Positions 40,847 to 50,067 of a stretch of 64,000 nucleotides of DNA are shown one piece after another. The position numbers and the translations under genes are program-made. The notes beneath the pieces were generated by a model. That model was not told the DNA's origin. It did not search any database and saw only the letters and a program-made list of their open reading frames with translations. Location: the NCBI GenBank assembly GCA_964005815.1, contig CAXFSR010000060.1, positions 1,257 to 65,256 on the forward strand, given 5' to 3'. Each line of letters starts with the position of its first letter. Position 1 is the first letter of the stretch. Origin of the DNA: an uncultured Nitrospinaceae bacterium. GTDB lineage: Bacteria; UBA8248.

Positions 40847-41869
40847 TCAAGTAATTTGAAATAGCTTTCGTACATTCTCAACCAAAATCTCATTCTGCTG
40901 TTTCTCTTCCAACTTGCTCATTCCAGGAATTTCGCGACAATTTTCATGGTTAGCCATGTCAGCTGGATAATCGGTACCATACACGACTCTTTCGGAACCC
41001 AAAGTTTTTACGGCAAATTCAAAGGAATCAGCATTATGAATTATCGTATCGTAAAAAAATCTATTAATATATTCTTCTGGGTTCTTAGAACCATGTACTT
41101 TTGGCTCTCTTCTTTCCCCATAACCATGTTCCCAACGTCCACGAATCCAGGGAAGAAAACCACCTAGATGAGAAAGCAAGAAATTAAGATTTGGGAAACG
41201 ATCCAAAACCCCTCCAAAAATCAAACATGCAGCAGCTATAGTTGTATCAAGAGGATTTCCAATGAAATTGCGTAAATAAAAATCCTTGAGTCTATCTGCA
41301 GCACCCATTGTATCAATTGGATGGATAAAAATAGTAATACCTAAATCTTGCGCTTTTTGCCAAAAAACATCGAGATCAGGATCGTCCAAATTTTTTCCTG
41401 CAACATTCGAGGCAATCTGTACACCAAGATGCCCGTTGTTTATTGCACGTTCTAATTCTTCTGCTGCTAATTCAGGATCTTGTAGAGGAACTGTCGCCAT
41501 ACAGGAAAAATTAGAAGGGTTATCGTTTGAAATTCTAATTAGTGCGTCGTTCATAGATTGAGCAAGATCATGTGTAATCGACTTATCAAGAGAATAAAAA
41601 GTAAGTGACGGAGAAACAGATAGAATTTGTCTACTAACTCCCATACGCTTCATATCTTCTAAACGCAAATCAACTTCATAATACATAGGAGTCAGAATAT
41701 TTCTTAATTCCCTACTTTTCCCAAGAACATTACTCTTCGTAACTATCCATTCCTTACCATCCGCATTTTGAACGGTTACAGTATCTCCAAAAGCCTTGTT
41801 TCTAACGTCTTCTAAAAAACCTAAAGGAACAATATGCGTATGAGGATCAATAACCATCTTAAACTCCAA
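40847..41869 (-). CDS. amidohydrolase-2 family protein (ACMSD/LigW-like)
   Basis: 340 aa. IDPHTHI metal-binding HxH, SHLGGF, and YGTDYPADM ... NVRKLFQI C-terminal signature. Confidence 0.75.
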   Translation of the reverse strand: MEFKMVIDPHTHIVPLGFLEDVRNKAFGDTVTVQNADGKEWIVTKSNVLGKSRELRNILTPMYYEVDLRLEDMKRMGVSRQILSVSPSLTFYSLDKSITHDLAQSMNDALIRISNDNPSNFSCMATVPLQDPELAAEELERAINNGHLGVQIASNVAGKNLDDPDLDVFWQKAQDLGITIFIHPIDTMGAADRLKDFYLRNFIGNPLDTTIAAACLIFGGVLDRFPNLNFLLSHLGGFLPWIRGRWEHGYGERREPKVHGSKNPEEYINRFFYDTIIHNADSFEFAVKTLGSERVVYGTDYPADMANHENCREIPGMSKLEEKQQNEILVENVRKLFQIT

Positions 41870-41883
41870 AGTCTAAAAAGAAA

Positions 41884-42891
41884 TTATATTTTATAAAGTT
41901 CCTTTACATTTCCACACAAGATTTTATCCTGATCTTCATCTGACAATCTTGAAAGGCCAGGAATGTCCTTTGCAGCACCTAAATATCCCATATCAAACGG
42001 GTAATCAGTCCCATATAAAATACGTTCTGACCCTAAAGTGTTTACGGCAAATTCAAAAGAATCGGCATTATGAATTATTGTGTCATAATAAAAATTGTTA
42101 ATATATTGCTCAGGATTTTTTGCACCATGAACCTTCGGCTCACGTCTTTCTCCATACCCGTGTTCCCAACGACCACGAATCCAAGGAGTAAAACCACCTG
42201 TATGGGAAACTAAAAATTTAATTTTTGGGAACCTGTCAAAAACACCACCAAAAATTAAACACGCCATGGAAATTGTAGTATCTAAAGGATTACCAATAAA
42301 ATTGCGAAGATAGTAATCTTTAAGACGATCATTTACACCCATAACATCTGAAGGATGAATAAAAACAGGGACGTCTAATTCGCAAGCCTTTGCCCACACA
42401 ACATCAAGACTAGGATCGTCAAGGTTTGTTCCTGCAACGTTTGATGCTATCTGGCAACCTTTATGTCCATTCTTTACGGCACGATCTAATTCAGTAGCCG
42501 CCGCATCTGGATCTTGCAGCGGAATCTGAGCCATGCAATGAAACTGTTCTGGATATGTCTTGGTCAATTCAGTTAAGGCATCATTTAAGGATGAAGAAAT
42601 TTCTTTATTCAACCCAGCATCTAAAGCGTAAAATGTCATGGGAGGAACCACCGATAAAACCTGCATATCGACTCCCATATTCTTCATATCAGAGAGTCTA
42701 AGATCAACGTCATAAGTTGTTTTTGGTAGAGGATTTTTATGAACTCTTTCCTGTCCCAAAACCGTATTCTTGGTTGTTAGAAATTCCCAGTCTTCTCCTG
42801 GTTCAATAATTACAGAATCACCAAAACTACCTTTTCTTACATCTTCGATAAAACTAGGCGGTGCTATATGGGCATGAGGGTCAATTATCAC
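41884..42891 (-). CDS. amidohydrolase-2 family protein (paralogue of 40847-41869)
   Basis: 335 aa. IDPHAHI, SHTGGF, YGTDYPFDM. Clearly alignable along its full length with the downstream neighbour. Confidence 0.75.
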   Translation of the reverse strand: MIIDPHAHIAPPSFIEDVRKGSFGDSVIIEPGEDWEFLTTKNTVLGQERVHKNPLPKTTYDVDLRLSDMKNMGVDMQVLSVVPPMTFYALDAGLNKEISSSLNDALTELTKTYPEQFHCMAQIPLQDPDAAATELDRAVKNGHKGCQIASNVAGTNLDDPSLDVVWAKACELDVPVFIHPSDVMGVNDRLKDYYLRNFIGNPLDTTISMACLIFGGVFDRFPKIKFLVSHTGGFTPWIRGRWEHGYGERREPKVHGAKNPEQYINNFYYDTIIHNADSFEFAVNTLGSERILYGTDYPFDMGYLGAAKDIPGLSRLSDEDQDKILCGNVKELYKI

Positions 42892-43018
42892 TGATTTCTC
42901 CTTATTGGAAAGATTTTATAATTAAACATATAAGATTATAAATTTTCTTTTTAAAAGTATTTAAACAAAAAACGGGTCATTTTCAAGTTATAGAAAAAAA
43001 TTACTTTAAATGATCAAT

Positions 43019-43843
43019 CTAATATTTTTTATTTATATTGATACGTACTTCAGAGGAACCAACGGAAATTTCCTCTTTGGAGATACCTTCCATGTCTCCT
43101 TTTCTAACTGGACCAGCAATACCATCAGAATCAAGACGTGCTATGATTCGATACCTCCCATCAAATTTCACGCCTCTAATCATGACATTTTTTTCAGACA
43201 ATTCAAATTTCAAAGGAAATGAAGGTGACAATATCCTTACAACTGCGACTGGAGCTGGTCTATTTTGATTTTTAGCTATGATATATAAGACAGATTTTTT
43301 ATTTTTAAAAGAAACCAAAGAATCATCAATTGTAATGACCCCAGATATTTTTCTAACAAAAGAATTCCTTTTTGTTTTTTTGAGTAAAGAAGGCTGAATT
43401 TTTGAAATTTTTTTACTTTTTCCTTCTCTTGCGATAACAACGTTGACATCCTTTGTCCCTATTTGGACTATATTACGTGAAACGCCCTCAAAATCACCTT
43501 TAGAGAGAGGGCCGACAATTCCGTCAGCATCTAGTCTTGCCCTAACTAAAACACGACCGCTAAAAGAAACTCCCGGCATCATAGAATCGTTCTTTGTTAT
43601 AATAAAATGGTAAGGAAACTTAACATTAATTAATTTTTGTACCCCTAAAGGAGGTCCACCTCTCTCCGACTGTAAATATAAAAAAAGTGTTCTTACATTT
43701 TGGACTCTTTTTTTAAGTTGAGGGGTTATACGAACAACTCCAGAAACTGATTCTTTTGGCACAGAAAAAATCGGATAAAAATCACATCCATAAATTAAAA
43801 AACTAAACCCAAATAAGAAATAAAAGAAAATTCTCGAACACAT
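43019..43843 (-). CDS. lipoprotein with an internally duplicated ~55-aa domain
   Basis: Lipobox LIYGC. Two repeats: GRVLVRARLDADGIVGPLSKGDFEGVSRNIVQIGTKDVNVVI and GRYRIIARLDSDGIAGPVRKGDMEGISKEEISVGSSEVRININ. Confidence 0.5.
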   Translation of the reverse strand: MCSRIFFYFLFGFSFLIYGCDFYPIFSVPKESVSGVVRITPQLKKRVQNVRTLFLYLQSERGGPPLGVQKLINVKFPYHFIITKNDSMMPGVSFSGRVLVRARLDADGIVGPLSKGDFEGVSRNIVQIGTKDVNVVIAREGKSKKISKIQPSLLKKTKRNSFVRKISGVITIDDSLVSFKNKKSVLYIIAKNQNRPAPVAVVRILSPSFPLKFELSEKNVMIRGVKFDGRYRIIARLDSDGIAGPVRKGDMEGISKEEISVGSSEVRININKKY

Positions 43844-43848
43844 TTTGA

Positions 43849-44778
43849 TTATTTTCCCTTTTTGTTGATACGCAAGAAATCAGAAACTTCCTCTGAAGAA
43901 GGAAGAGCAGAACGTCCTCCAAGTTTTGTGCAATTTATCGCAGCAACAGCATTTCCATATCGAAGAGATTCTTCAATGGAAAAATTCTTTAGTTGACCAT
44001 ACAGGAACCCTGCATGGAATGCATCTCCTGCACCAGTTGTATCTACAACATCTACCGGAAAAGATTCAACTTCATAAAAAGTACTGCCATCATAGGCTAG
44101 AACCCCTCTATATCCAAGAGTCATTCCAACCAATTTTGGTCCAAAGGAAAAGATCCTTTTCAAAGACTCTAACGGATTTTTTTTGCCGGTAAATTGTTCA
44201 GGAAAATGTTCTGATGATATGAAAAAATCAGTTTTTTCTATCAATTTTTCTACGCCGGGAAAAACACGTTCTGCATCAAAAGAAATTAATGTTCCTTCAC
44301 TTTTAGCAATCTCACATGCAAGAATTTCTGCGTCTAGATTATGCCCATCGATATGTAGAAACTTTGAGGAACCAATAAGTTTAGGGTCTATATTTTCCGG
44401 AGCTATAAAAGTATCTCTTTTCCATATAATTGTTCTACCTCCACGCAATTCTTCTTTTCCCTCTCTTTGGACCAACACAATTGCAAACTGACTAGACAAT
44501 CCAATCTGTGTAGTTACATTTTCAACATTTACCCCTTCATTACGGAGACTTTCAATAGAAAATTTTCCAAGCTCATCATCTCCGATTGAACCTATATAAG
44601 AAACATTTTGTCCCAATCTTGAAAGTGCAACCATTGCAGTTGCAACTTGACCACCACCTTGATAGGTAATATTTCTAGCCTCAGATTTTGAATTAAAAAC
44701 AGGGAACGTTCCTAACTCACATAACAAATCAACTGAATTAAGACCAAGACCGACAACATCAAAAATATAATTTTTCAT
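43849..44778 (-). CDS. PfkB-family carbohydrate kinase
   Basis: 309 aa. C-terminal DTTGAGDAFHAGFLYG motif and an N-terminal GG dipeptide region. Confidence 0.8.
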   Translation of the reverse strand: MKNYIFDVVGLGLNSVDLLCELGTFPVFNSKSEARNITYQGGGQVATAMVALSRLGQNVSYIGSIGDDELGKFSIESLRNEGVNVENVTTQIGLSSQFAIVLVQREGKEELRGGRTIIWKRDTFIAPENIDPKLIGSSKFLHIDGHNLDAEILACEIAKSEGTLISFDAERVFPGVEKLIEKTDFFISSEHFPEQFTGKKNPLESLKRIFSFGPKLVGMTLGYRGVLAYDGSTFYEVESFPVDVVDTTGAGDAFHAGFLYGQLKNFSIEESLRYGNAVAAINCTKLGGRSALPSSEEVSDFLRINKKGK

Positions 44779-44781
44779 TTT

Positions 44782-45525
44782 TTAATTAAATTCTCTATAG
44801 CGAATTCCAAATGGATCAACTTCATGAAGAGCAGCTATCTCTTCACTAGAAGGTTCAACTGTTTCAGAGCAATTCTTGATACTTCCAATATCAAAACCAG
44901 TAGATTCAATTAAACGTTTTTCGTCAGTTCCATAATGTTTGCTATGCAAAGAAAGATTCCCTTCTGTTTTTTTAAAAATACAAAGTGGTGTAACTATTTT
45001 ATCGACATTTCCTGATGCTGTTATAAAAGAACAATCCTTAGGAAATGTTTTTTTTGTATGAACGGTTCTCCATAAGACAATTCGATTTGCCGTAGGAAGC
45101 AGCATTGCACTTCCCGCACCACCAGGAAATTTTATCTTAGGTTTATCAGATTCACCTATAAAGGAAAGATTTACATTCCCAAATGAATCTATTTGAGCAC
45201 CACTCAAAAAAGCCAAATCTAATTTCCCTCTAGCAGAAAGATCAAAAATTTCAGAAAGAGAGAAAAATGATCTGTTACCTTCCATTAATTCTATCCCAAC
45301 TGTCGTTAATGGCATTTTTGAAGGAATCGCATCGACTCCACCAGGAATATTAAGATATGTAATATTTGGTGCTTTAGTTAACCTTGCCAAAAAAATTGCT
45401 ACCATAGGTAAAATGGAAGAAACCCCATGAAAAACTGTCTGATAGTCTCTAATCTCTCTTGCAAGGAAAACAACCATCCTATCTGCAATTTCTTTTGTTT
45501 CTATAGAAACTTGAGAATTGTTCAT
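44782..45525 (-). CDS. CoA-transferase family I, subunit B (glutaconate/3-oxoacid type)
   Basis: 247 aa. Adjacent to and co-oriented with the subunit A homologue. Confidence 0.65.
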   Translation of the reverse strand: MNNSQVSIETKEIADRMVVFLAREIRDYQTVFHGVSSILPMVAIFLARLTKAPNITYLNIPGGVDAIPSKMPLTTVGIELMEGNRSFFSLSEIFDLSARGKLDLAFLSGAQIDSFGNVNLSFIGESDKPKIKFPGGAGSAMLLPTANRIVLWRTVHTKKTFPKDCSFITASGNVDKIVTPLCIFKKTEGNLSLHSKHYGTDEKRLIESTGFDIGSIKNCSETVEPSSEEIAALHEVDPFGIRYREFN

Positions 45526-45545
45526 CTAAAACCTATTTATTTTTC

Positions 45546-46358
45546 CTATGCGTAATCTATATTTTCTAAAGAAACAAGATGATCTTTTACAGCATTATTG
45601 GATTTTGATTGCAAAAAATATTTTTTTATAACTTCCTCATCATAATCATAGAAAGGGTAGCAAGACATAGGGAATGCACCCTTTTCTATTTGAACCACAG
45701 CCCTAATCAGAAAAGACGGAATTTTAGTCTTCATAGGATTTTCCTGAAAAAAAGACGTTTCTTTAATTTTCTCGGTCGTTAAAATTACTTGTGTTGAGGC
45801 TCTTGTCATTAAAATATCTTCAAATACTCCACCGTCTATTCTAGCATTACCAAATTTGTCCGCATAAGGAACATGAATGATTGCCCAATCAGGTGTAATA
45901 GAAGGAATCATGAAAATTTCTTCCCCAGTATACGGATCAGATGTTTTATCAAAACCAGTCAATTTTGGAACATCACTTCCCTGCAAACCAGCTATAGGCT
46001 GACTAGGAATACCGTAAGAAGATGCACGCAATCCTGCAATAACAGTTGCACATGCATGTTCTTTAACTTTCACTATTCCAGACTCGACAGATCTCCGAAA
46101 AGATGGACATAAACCTAAAACATTCTCAAATCCAACATATCCGACAGTCACTTCAGAAACGACTTCTGCAAAACATAGAAGATCGATATCATAACCACCT
46201 GCAGTTTTTACCAATGATAGATTTCGTTTTTTTTGACGTGCAAGTTCACGAACAAACGAAGAGGGAATTCTAGAAAATGAGTTCCCGCCTAAGGCCAACA
46301 TCTGTCCGTTCTCCACTAGCGAAACGGCATCAGACAAAGATGTAAGTTTAGAGTCCAT
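45546..46358 (-). CDS. CoA-transferase family I, subunit A
   Basis: 270 aa. N-terminal LSDAVSLVENGQMLALGG motif. Confidence 0.65.
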   Translation of the reverse strand: MDSKLTSLSDAVSLVENGQMLALGGNSFSRIPSSFVRELARQKKRNLSLVKTAGGYDIDLLCFAEVVSEVTVGYVGFENVLGLCPSFRRSVESGIVKVKEHACATVIAGLRASSYGIPSQPIAGLQGSDVPKLTGFDKTSDPYTGEEIFMIPSITPDWAIIHVPYADKFGNARIDGGVFEDILMTRASTQVILTTEKIKETSFFQENPMKTKIPSFLIRAVVQIEKGAFPMSCYPFYDYDEEVIKKYFLQSKSNNAVKDHLVSLENIDYA

Positions 46359-46512
46359 ACAAAACCTTCAGCAATGCGACAAATATAATTAAACCACAAT
46401 TACACATTTAAGCACGATTCCAATTTAAATTCTAACAAATAGAATCTTATTGACAATTATAGGTGAATTGCCTACGCTAGTTGTTGTTAAAGCCAAGTAT
46501 TTTATTACTTAA

Positions 46513-46540
46513 TCCGCCTTCCCCCCAAACCTTGGGGAAG
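46513..46540. other. GC-rich hairpin immediately upstream of scpA
   Basis: CTTCCCC ... GGGGAAG inverted repeat (inner CCCCAA/TTGGGG) in an otherwise AT-rich divergent intergenic region. Confidence 0.3.
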
Positions 46541-46545
46541 TAAAC

Positions 46546-47487
46546 TTGAAAGAGATTCTTCATAACAATTCGACTTCATCTCCAGGAATGAAAAAGCCTA
46601 TCCAAAAAGAAAAAAAAGATGGGAATTTTGAAGACGTTCATTCTGACGATTGGATTGAAAGTTTGCATCAAGAACAATTACCTTCCCTACAACTTTCTTC
46701 CAAAAATATTGATCAACCCGAATTTCTTACTACAAAAGAAGAAAATAAATTTAGAGTAAAATTGCAAGTTTTCGAAGGTCCACTAGAACTACTTCTTAAC
46801 TTAGTAAAAGAACATGAATTGAATATAAACGATATTCCTATCGCATTTATAACAGACCAATACATGGAATATGTAAATTTGATGAAAAATTTAAACATCA
46901 ATCTTGCATCAGAATATCTAGTTATGGCTTCTTGGCTTATTTACATAAAAAGTAGGACCTTACTACCAAAAACTGATGGTGAGGAACTTCCTGAAGAAGA
47001 CCCAGAAATGCTTCGCGAAGAGTTACAAAAACAATTAATAGAATATCAAAAATTCAAGAATTTAAGTGGTTACTTTAAAATTGCCGAGGAAGAACAATCC
47101 CTCCATTTTGAAAGGGGTGGTGATCAAGAAATAGAATCTATTGTTAGGAAAATTGATCCTGAAGAGGACGGGAAAATCATCCTGACAACATTTGAACTCA
47201 TGAACGCAATGAAGAATATGCTTGCTTTAGAAGATGGAGAAAATGTACATTTAGTCGAGATAGACGAATTAGAAGTAGCCGACAGGCAAAACTATATATT
47301 AGATTTCATCAAAAATTTAGACTCTGAAGGCATAGTTTTCGAAAAAATTCTAGAAAACAAGAGAACTTTAACAATCGTTGCTACGTTCCTAGCTCTACTT
47401 GAACTCATAAAAAGAAATTTGATCATTGTTTTTCAAAATCAAAGTTTTTCAGAAATCAGGATTAAAAAGGCGGTGCTTAATGAATAA
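46546..47487 (+). CDS. scpA: segregation and condensation protein A
   Basis: 313 aa. FEGPLELLLNLVKEHELNINDIPIAFITDQY. Start is TTG at 46546 or ATG at 46588. Confidence 0.8.
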   Translation: MKEILHNNSTSSPGMKKPIQKEKKDGNFEDVHSDDWIESLHQEQLPSLQLSSKNIDQPEFLTTKEENKFRVKLQVFEGPLELLLNLVKEHELNINDIPIAFITDQYMEYVNLMKNLNINLASEYLVMASWLIYIKSRTLLPKTDGEELPEEDPEMLREELQKQLIEYQKFKNLSGYFKIAEEEQSLHFERGGDQEIESIVRKIDPEEDGKIILTTFELMNAMKNMLALEDGENVHLVEIDELEVADRQNYILDFIKNLDSEGIVFEKILENKRTLTIVATFLALLELIKRNLIIVFQNQSFSEIRIKKAVLNE

Positions 47488-48265
47488 AGACGAACAATCC
47501 AAATTTGAGTTAGCTTCAGATCATACTTCTTCTCCTGAAGAAAGTGCTAAGGCTCTTGCAGACCATCAAATGGAAGCTATGGAAGAATTGCCTACTCATG
47601 CTACTTTTGATCTAGTTGCCGGTGAAGAAGAAGTAAAAAAATCAGAAGAAATTCCTCTAATCATAGAAGAAAGTGAAGCAAAAAAAATAGTGGAAACTCT
47701 TCTTTTTGCTTCCAAAGAACCTCTCCGTGCACGTGATATTTCTGCCGTATTTAGAGGAGTAGAAAATATTGATGTAAAAAAAGTAAGAAAAATTCTTCTG
47801 GGTCTAGTAGATGAATATAAAGATAAAACCTTTCAAATAGTAGAGATAGCAGAAGGTTTCCAAATTAGGACTAGATCCGAATTTCATCCTTGGGTGAGAA
47901 AACTTCTAAGAAAAGAAAAAAACAAAAAATTGTCTCAAGCTGCACTCGAAACACTTGCTATAATTTCATACAAACAACCTATTACACGAATAGAAGTAGA
48001 AGAAATCAGAAGAGTGGATTGTAGCGGTGTGATGAATACACTTTTAGAGAAAAATATAATAAAAACTATGGGAAGAAAAGATGTCCTTGGGAAACCTATA
48101 GTTTACGGCACTACTCCTTTATTTCTTAAACATTTTGGATTTAAAAGTATTTCTGACATGCCAAATCCAGAGGAATACCTTTCTGAAATTGGTTTAGAAC
48201 AAAATCTCCAAAGCATAAACGTTATGGATAGTAACGGTGACAAAAACGACAATGAAAATAATTAA
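47480..48265 (+). CDS. scpB: segregation and condensation protein B
   Basis: IVETLLFASKEPLRARDI winged-helix motif. ATG at 47480 overlaps the scpA stop by 8 nt. The tracked ORF starts at 47426. Confidence 0.8.
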   Translation: MNKDEQSKFELASDHTSSPEESAKALADHQMEAMEELPTHATFDLVAGEEEVKKSEEIPLIIEESEAKKIVETLLFASKEPLRARDISAVFRGVENIDVKKVRKILLGLVDEYKDKTFQIVEIAEGFQIRTRSEFHPWVRKLLRKEKNKKLSQAALETLAIISYKQPITRIEVEEIRRVDCSGVMNTLLEKNIIKTMGRKDVLGKPIVYGTTPLFLKHFGFKSISDMPNPEEYLSEIGLEQNLQSINVMDSNGDKNDNENN

Positions 48266-48302
48266 TTTCTTTTATTTCAAAACCACTTAGAAAAAAATCA
48301 CG

Positions 48303-48989
48303 TTGATTAAATTCCCAAAAAGTATTCGGAGATTCTTAGCTAGACACGGATCTAATGTTGGTTATTTCACAAGTAGAAATAGATTAGATAAGAGAATTGC
48401 AGAACTTTTTTCCTATAAAAGAAATGGTGTTTTCATCGAAGCTGGTGCAGCAGATGGTTTTATTGAATCACATACACTTCTTTTAGAAAAGAATTATGGT
48501 TGGACCGGTTTATTAGTTGAACCAGAACCAGAACAATTTAATTTTTGCAAACGATTCAGAAAAAATTGTATCGTGGAAAATTTTTTCCTTACTGATTTTT
48601 CAAATACTTCTTCAAAAACACAAATGAGAGATGCGCAACGTAGTTCAAGAAAAGTCGGACATAATTTAAATTCAGATTCAACTTACAACCGATTTAATCA
48701 AAAAATTATTGAAGAAACAAAGAATAAAACTTTTTTTGCAAAAAATACAAATTTAAAATCTCTACTAGAAAAACATTCTATTAATCAGGTTGATATAATG
48801 ATACTTGACGTTGAAGGTGATGTTTTCGAAGTACTAAATGGATATGATCATAATTCGAAAATTATTGATTTTTTATTAGTTGAAGTTTGGAGAGACGATC
48901 TTTCACATTTTTTACAAATGGCTGAAGAAAAAAAATGGGAATATATTGGACCTTGGGGTGGTTCTGATCACCTTTTTAAGCTGAAATAA
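48303..48989 (+). CDS. FkbM-family SAM-dependent methyltransferase
   Basis: 228 aa. FIEAGAADGFIESHTLLLEKNYGWTGLLVEP and ILDVEGDVFEVL motifs. TTG start. Confidence 0.65.
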   Translation: MIKFPKSIRRFLARHGSNVGYFTSRNRLDKRIAELFSYKRNGVFIEAGAADGFIESHTLLLEKNYGWTGLLVEPEPEQFNFCKRFRKNCIVENFFLTDFSNTSSKTQMRDAQRSSRKVGHNLNSDSTYNRFNQKIIEETKNKTFFAKNTNLKSLLEKHSINQVDIMILDVEGDVFEVLNGYDHNSKIIDFLLVEVWRDDLSHFLQMAEEKKWEYIGPWGGSDHLFKLK

Positions 48990-49029
48990 GATTTTTCTTA
49001 CAAAAAACCTTTTTAATGCAGGGCAACAA

Positions 49030-49956
49030 ATGAAATTTGGAATTATGGCATGTGGAGGAGTTGGGGGGGATTTTGGAGGCCTACTCGCAGCTTCAGGAAA
49101 TGAGACTCACTTTATAGCACGAGGGGAACACCTGAAAGCTATAAAAAAAAGAGGCTTAAAAGTACAATGTATTGAACCAAAAGATTTCACAATTAAGGAC
49201 GCTTCCTTCACAAACGATCCACAAGATGTCGGGCCTTGCGATGTTATCCTTTTTTGCGTCAAAACTATTTCCAATAAATCAACGATACCTGCTATCGCAC
49301 CCATGGTTGGAAAGAATACAACAATAATTAACTTACAAAATGGTGTAGATAATGAGAAACAACTTGCCGATTTCTATGGCAAAGAGAAAATTATGGGGGG
49401 TGCTGCGTATATTTTCACTTCGGTGACCGGACCAGGAGTTATTACTCAAATCGGAGGCCCCAGAAAATTTGTTTTCGGTGAATTAGATCGCACTTATACT
49501 GAAAGATCAGAAGAAATTCTTGATATTTTGAAAAAAGCAAAAATCAATGTATTTCTTTCTGATGATATTCAAAAGGAATTATGGACGAAATTTATTTTTA
49601 TTTGTGCTGTCGGTGGCATGACCGCTTTAACACGCTCTTCAATCGGAGAGATTATGAAATATGAAGGCACGAAAACTATGACTCGATCTATGATGAAGGA
49701 AGTTTATGATATTTCAAAAGCCGAAGGAATAAATCTTCCTACAGGAACAGATGAAGACAGATTTAATTTTATTAAAGAACAAGACCCTTTAAGTAAGGGA
49801 AGTTTGTGTCATGATTTAGAGGCAGGAAAGATAACAGAGATAGATTCTCTTTGCGGTTTTGTTTCCAAGTTGGGAAAAAAACATAAAATTTCTACACCCA
49901 TCAATGATTTTGTTTGTCATACAATTAAATTTCATGAATCTAAACAAAATAGGTAA
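49030..49956 (+). CDS. 2-dehydropantoate 2-reductase family (ApbA/PanE-like)
   Basis: 308 aa. N-terminal Rossmann FGIMACGGVGG and a C-terminal ketopantoate-reductase domain. Confidence 0.7.
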   Translation: MKFGIMACGGVGGDFGGLLAASGNETHFIARGEHLKAIKKRGLKVQCIEPKDFTIKDASFTNDPQDVGPCDVILFCVKTISNKSTIPAIAPMVGKNTTIINLQNGVDNEKQLADFYGKEKIMGGAAYIFTSVTGPGVITQIGGPRKFVFGELDRTYTERSEEILDILKKAKINVFLSDDIQKELWTKFIFICAVGGMTALTRSSIGEIMKYEGTKTMTRSMMKEVYDISKAEGINLPTGTDEDRFNFIKEQDPLSKGSLCHDLEAGKITEIDSLCGFVSKLGKKHKISTPINDFVCHTIKFHESKQNR

Positions 49957-50067
49957 TAAAAATAAAACATGTCTGTTCACTAGAATTTCCCCGCTTAATT
50001 TGAATATAATCATTTAAACAAAATTTCTAATTGAAATTGTTCTTTCTTTTTTCCAAAGGATCTTTGT

